A DNA stretch of 44,161 nt from NCBI GenBank assembly GCA_023247075.1, contig JAHFHD010000003.1, positions 1 through 44,161 of the forward strand. The letters are read 5' to 3'. This DNA is from Candidatus Omnitrophota bacterium. GTDB taxonomy: Bacteria > Omnitrophota > Omnitrophia > Omnitrophales > Danuiimicrobiaceae. The notes below the pieces were generated by a model. That model was not told the DNA's origin. It made no database searches and saw only the letters and a program-made list of their open reading frames with translations. This document shows, piece after piece, positions 40,519-44,161 of this stretch (the stretch's first letter is position 1; every line of letters starts with the position of its first letter). The translations under genes were made by a program, and so were the position numbers.

Positions 40519-41742
40519 TTACGCGTTGTACGCTTGAGAAGTACAGCTTACGGCGTTTACTATTTTGATTATTCTTACGAGTCCTTCAGCGAATATTTTT
40601 TCAGGGACGAGTAAACTGACAACAAGGTAAACGCCATCCGCAAAGTTGTAGAAATACCCCGGATGCGTGAGCACTTGGCCTGACTCAAGCAGCGCAAGCG
40701 CCCAACCTTCATCATCCAAAGTGTCCGGTAACCGAATAGGAATCACCCACCCGCCTTGCCAAGTATGAACAGTAATTTTAGCGCCCGAAATCTCTTTAAC
40801 AAGACGAGCATAATTCTGGCTGACACGAAACCTGATTTCGTCTTGAATGGTGTCAACGCACTTCATCCAATCATGAAATGCGTTTTGTGCGGGTGTTGAA
40901 ACTGACAAATAGGTGTCTGAGATGATTGAGAGTTTATCGAGAGCGTTCATTAGGAGCGGCTCTGGACCATTTACCACAATCCACGAGAGTTTCATTTGCG
41001 GCAGCCCTAGCACTTTTGAAATTCCGCTTAACGTAAAGGTGAGAACATCTTTAAAATCCGCGAAAGTATTTTTCCGGTAAGAAGGTTCAAGACCAAAATC
41101 AAGGAACACTTCATCGACAATCAGCGCCAAATTTTTTTGCGTGAGCCAATCAGCAAGGTTTTGACGTTCTGAAGAATGGAAATAGTTTCCAGTTGGATTA
41201 TTGGGATGTATAAAAAGCATTCCACGAGTGCGATTTGTTGCCAAGGCATTCATATTGTCCAAATCAATTCGCCAATCGTTTTGGGCTTGTAATTCGTAGC
41301 GCTTGATTGCAACATCGTTAAAATGAGCCAGGTCATCAAGCAGCGGGTAGCTTGGCGCAGGAGCGAGCAGTTCGTCACCAGAGTTCATGAGTAATTTAAA
41401 AATAAATGTGTACGCTTCGCTTGTATTCGCTGTCAAAATAATTTGGTCGGGCTTAAGTGGAACTCCCTTATTTGCATAGTAGTTTATGATTTCCTGTCTG
41501 GCTTTGAGAAGGCCGAGTGGGTCTGGCTCATAAGTTAAGTTGGCATGATTTTGAAATGCTTCCAGAAGATTTTGGTCTAAGTATTTAAACGACGACTGGG
41601 TGGGATTTGAGATGGTTAGGTCGAGAATCGTAATTCCTTTTCGGATTAACTTCTCTTTTTTAAGCGTGAGCGGATTGGTCTGAGTTTCAATGGATTTCAA
41701 GCGGTCTGAAAACGGAAACGGTTTAAGTGGATGTTTGAGCAT
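40519..41742 (-). CDS. Class I/II pyridoxal-phosphate-dependent aminotransferase
   Basis: 407 aa. Motifs HPNNPTGN and DEVF. PLP-lysine motif SGISKVLGLPQMKLSW. Confidence 0.9.
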   Translation of the reverse strand: MLKHPLKPFPFSDRLKSIETQTNPLTLKKEKLIRKGITILDLTISNPTQSSFKYLDQNLLEAFQNHANLTYEPDPLGLLKARQEIINYYANKGVPLKPDQIILTANTSEAYTFIFKLLMNSGDELLAPAPSYPLLDDLAHFNDVAIKRYELQAQNDWRIDLDNMNALATNRTRGMLFIHPNNPTGNYFHSSERQNLADWLTQKNLALIVDEVFLDFGLEPSYRKNTFADFKDVLTFTLSGISKVLGLPQMKLSWIVVNGPEPLLMNALDKLSIISDTYLSVSTPAQNAFHDWMKCVDTIQDEIRFRVSQNYARLVKEISGAKITVHTWQGGWVIPIRLPDTLDDEGWALALLESGQVLTHPGYFYNFADGVYLVVSLLVPEKIFAEGLVRIIKIVNAVSCTSQAYNA

Positions 41743-41828
41743 GTGATTGTTTTGATTTAATTAGTTTTATTAAAAACAGCGACATGGTATCACAGGAAAC
41801 ACTGATTTGACAGGAGTGGGGAAAGCGG

Positions 41829-42028
41829 GGGTGCATCCCACTTGATGCAGTTGTTTTTCATGTCATCCTGAGCCCTTCGCTGTGTCATCCTGAACGACAC
41901 GTCTTGCGAGTGCGCAAAAGCGCGAGTGAAGGATCTAGCGCTCAGGGTAAACTCCGCGAAGGATCTAAGTTCGCTAGATTCTTCGGCTCCGTCTCAGAAT
42001 GACACACTGGATGAAGTGGTATACACCC
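41829..42028 (+). mobile_element. Full-length ~200-bp MITE-like element
   Basis: TIRs GGGTGCATCCCACTTGATGCAG... and ...CTGGATGAAGTGGTATACACCC. The exact 8-bp sequence GAAAGCGG occurs at 41821-41828 and 42030-42037. Confidence 0.9.
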
Positions 42029-42128
42029 AGAAAGCGGAGAACGGCGTCGCAAGAAATCAAGCCTTACCATAGGAAAGAATACCTCCCCCTTGAATATGCT
42101 GTAATAATTGACTACAATTGTGGTACTT

Positions 42129-43007
42129 ATGACAACAATCCCGTTTTACCTGTACCTGAAGCGAGAGACTTTAAAGGGGAGACTCCTCACTTATTTTTTT
42201 ACACATCCCCAGCAAAGCCATCACTTGCGCGAACTTGCGTCCATTCTGCATGTCGATGCGAGCAATTTAAGCCGTGACCTCAAGCTCCTGCTTGAAGAAG
42301 GTATTTTTCGTTCAGAGGTGCGTGGAAACCTGAAAATTTTCTCACTTAATCCCAATTATTCGCTTTACCAGGAATTAAAGTCGGCTACTCAGAAAAGCGT
42401 TTTGCCCGCAATGGGAAAAGGCACGGAAAAAAAAGCAAATGTTTATGTGATTGCAGGCCCAAATGGTGCCGGAAAAACAACTTTTGCACGAACCTTTCTC
42501 CCCACATTTATTGGACTTAAAACATTCATCAATGCTGATTTGATTGCGAGCGGCATTGCGCCGCTTGATGCGCAAGGTGCAGCACTTCGAGCGGGGAAGC
42601 TGCTTTTGAGTGAGATTGAAACCGCACTTAAGAGCGGAAAGGACTTTTCATTTGAAACAACACTTTCTGGAAAGAGCTATGTCCATTGGTTTAAGCGGCT
42701 GATTGAAAGTGGTTACGCCATTCATGTCTTGTTTCTCTGGATTCCAAATCTCAGCTTGTCTCTGAAGCGAGTGAGTGAACGTGTGAAGCGCGGAGGGCAT
42801 GACATACCTGAAGTGGTGGTGAAGCGGCGTTTTTACCGTGGCATCCAAAACTTGTTCCATCTTTACCAACCATTTCTCTCAAGCTGGGCGGTTTATGATA
42901 ATTCAAGCGTATTGCCAGAGTTGATTACTTATTGTTTGGACAGTGAAACAACTATTTTAAGTCAAGATCGTTATGAGCAGGTTTTAAAAGCCGCGGGAGA
43001 GAAATAA
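42129..43007 (+). CDS. Fusion of a winged-HTH domain and a zeta-toxin-like P-loop kinase (COG4185-type)
   Basis: wHTH segment LRELASILHVDASNLSRDLKLLLEEGIFRSEVRGNLKIFSLN. Then Walker A VIAGPNGAGKTTF and the zeta-like core FSFETTLSG...RVKRGGHDIPE. Start uncertain (TTG 42108 or ATG 42129). Confidence 0.72.
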   Translation: MTTIPFYLYLKRETLKGRLLTYFFTHPQQSHHLRELASILHVDASNLSRDLKLLLEEGIFRSEVRGNLKIFSLNPNYSLYQELKSATQKSVLPAMGKGTEKKANVYVIAGPNGAGKTTFARTFLPTFIGLKTFINADLIASGIAPLDAQGAALRAGKLLLSEIETALKSGKDFSFETTLSGKSYVHWFKRLIESGYAIHVLFLWIPNLSLSLKRVSERVKRGGHDIPEVVVKRRFYRGIQNLFHLYQPFLSSWAVYDNSSVLPELITYCLDSETTILSQDRYEQVLKAAGEK

Positions 43008-43195
43008 TGAAAAAACAAACCAATCAATTGCTTGCGTTTCTTGGACTTGATGCTCTAAGACAGGCGGTCAGGGAAGCTATTGAAGACCATGCACGGACGG
43101 GAGACAAAGTTGCTATTTTACGAAACGGAAAAGTGATTGAGGTGTCTGCCAAATCACTTTTGCCCAGATTTCGCAAGCAGCAAAGGAAAAAATAA
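43007..43195 (+). CDS. Small basic-tailed protein, translationally coupled to the zeta-like gene
   Basis: TAATG overlap with the upstream stop. 62 aa with no recognisable motif. Confidence 0.4.
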   Translation: MKKQTNQLLAFLGLDALRQAVREAIEDHARTGDKVAILRNGKVIEVSAKSLLPRFRKQQRKK

Positions 43196-43214
43196 GTTCC
43201 CCGCTTCTAAATTT

Positions 43215-44161
43215 CTAAGCAGCTTTTTGGAAGGTTTCATGAGATTTGGCGGCAAGCAGGGCAGCAGCAATCGCATCGCTATTAAGTGCAAGGAAGCCAA
43301 GCGTGCCGGACGAGAATAGGTTTTCAGAATAGCCAAGCCCCGCAAGCTTTCCCATCAGCGCAACTTTTAAGTAGTCGACTTTGATTTGCCTTATTTTTTC
43401 TGGTCTTGTTTTATTCTGAGCTGACAGTTGATTTAATTTTTCTTCAACTGCTCGTTGATATTCCTCACTCTTCAGGATTTCCGACATCAAAAGTAAAATC
43501 GTGACAAAAAGCAGCTCATTATGGAAGAGCATATTGGGGCTTAGAGGTTGCGTATGATTTTCAAGTGCAACTCCCACATAACTTTGGTTCATGGATTTTG
43601 GAAGTGTTTTTGAATCGTTAAGAAGCGCAAGTGGGACATCCGCCTCGCCATTTCTAAAAAGTTCATTAATTTCAGTCGAGAAGTCATGTCCTTTAAGCGG
43701 TATTGAGGTGACAAGCGAATTTAATTTTTCTTTTCCGATGAGCTGAGCAAGATGGGGATGGGACTCGCGGCTGGTAAAAAGTTTGGCCTTTTGTTTTTGT
43801 CCACCCAGCTCGTCAAGCAATTGTTTTAAAAATGAGTCATGTTTTCCAGCCTCTCCCAATTGAAGTGCCAGAGTGATTTCACCTTCCAGCCATTTTCGAT
43901 TCTTAAGCCAATTCAGTAACCGCCCGCTTTGCACAGCCGCTAATTCAGAGAGATTGCTGATTCTGGTTAATCGATTGCTTGCGCTTTCAATTCGCTCTTT
44001 TGTAATCTTTTCAATGGTTTCAACAAATCCCTCAAAATCAGAAATCGTAAGTTCGTAAATCTGCCTGAGTTCAGCGCGGGGAAGAGGAGTCGCTTGATCT
44101 CTTGGGTCTAGGGCATTGACAATTATGTTCGCTGCCAGGGTTCGTGCTTCCTGGCGGGGGA
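43215..44161 (-). CDS. Hypothetical protein, 5' end beyond the window
   Basis: The track lists 43215-43934 from an internal GTG. The same minus-strand frame stays open to the window edge (...PRQEARTLAANIIVNALDPRDQATPLPRAELRQIYELTISDFEGFVETIEK...). No family recognised. Confidence 0.5.
   Translation of the reverse strand, partial: PRQEARTLAANIIVNALDPRDQATPLPRAELRQIYELTISDFEGFVETIEKITKERIESASNRLTRISNLSELAAVQSGRLLNWLKNRKWLEGEITLALQLGEAGKHDSFLKQLLDELGGQKQKAKLFTSRESHPHLAQLIGKEKLNSLVTSIPLKGHDFSTEINELFRNGEADVPLALLNDSKTLPKSMNQSYVGVALENHTQPLSPNMLFHNELLFVTILLLMSEILKSEEYQRAVEEKLNQLSAQNKTRPEKIRQIKVDYLKVALMGKLAGLGYSENLFSSGTLGFLALNSDAIAAALLAAKSHETFQKAA

Noticed and set aside
8037-42028. Possibility that the recurring repeats form a CRISPR array
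   Set aside because: The copies are scattered over 34 kb and are 50-200 bp long. They are internally palindromic and modular, occur in both orientations and have no regular repeat-spacer periodicity. No cas genes are present.
41999-42277. 92-aa plus-strand ORF starting in the MITE end
   Set aside because: It starts inside the repeat and overlaps the wHTH-zeta gene in another frame. No independent support.

Overview
44.2-kb chromosomal segment from a diderm bacterium of uncertain, probably uncultivated, lineage. Diderm markers are an LptF/G-like permease end, a FadL-family outer-membrane channel and T2SS/T4P-type machinery. The left third (1-15 kb) is housekeeping: RNase P RNA; a Bacillus-style PyrR-attenuated pyrimidine operon (pyrR-pyrB-pyrC-carA-carB-pyrK-pyrD-pyrF); yicC-gmk-rpoZ-coaC-coaB, with coaBC split into two ORFs; a glycine-zipper lipoprotein; tRNA-Cys and tRNA-Leu. 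The middle (15.8-24.6 kb) holds a ferredoxin, a FadL-like channel, a small excisionase-type HTH protein, an unusual SRPBCC::acyl-ACP-reductase-like fusion, two large membrane GAF histidine kinases and a secreted protein of unknown function. From 24.9 to 38.7 kb there is an accessory-looking module. Four single-domain receivers are interleaved with two soluble histidine kinases that end in degenerate GGDEF-like domains. The last receiver overlaps the start of a type IV filament locus: PilB/GspE ATPase, PilC/GspF platform, G-I-J-K-type pseudopilins including a beta-helical PilX-like protein, a second major pilin, and fused PilM-N and PilO-P. No secretin, prepilin peptidase or retraction ATPase lies in the window. 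The right end carries a DUF433/DUF5615 toxin-antitoxin pair, an SPFH protein, an aminotransferase, a wHTH::zeta-like P-loop kinase fusion, and an unknown ORF that runs off the window. Eleven copies of a modular, palindrome-rich MITE-like repeat superfamily occupy intergenic gaps. Three full-length ~200-bp copies have terminal inverted repeats and their own 8-9 bp flanking duplications. Several copies supply stop codons, C-terminal tails or possible start signals to neighbouring genes. All family calls come from reading the translations; no database search was possible.
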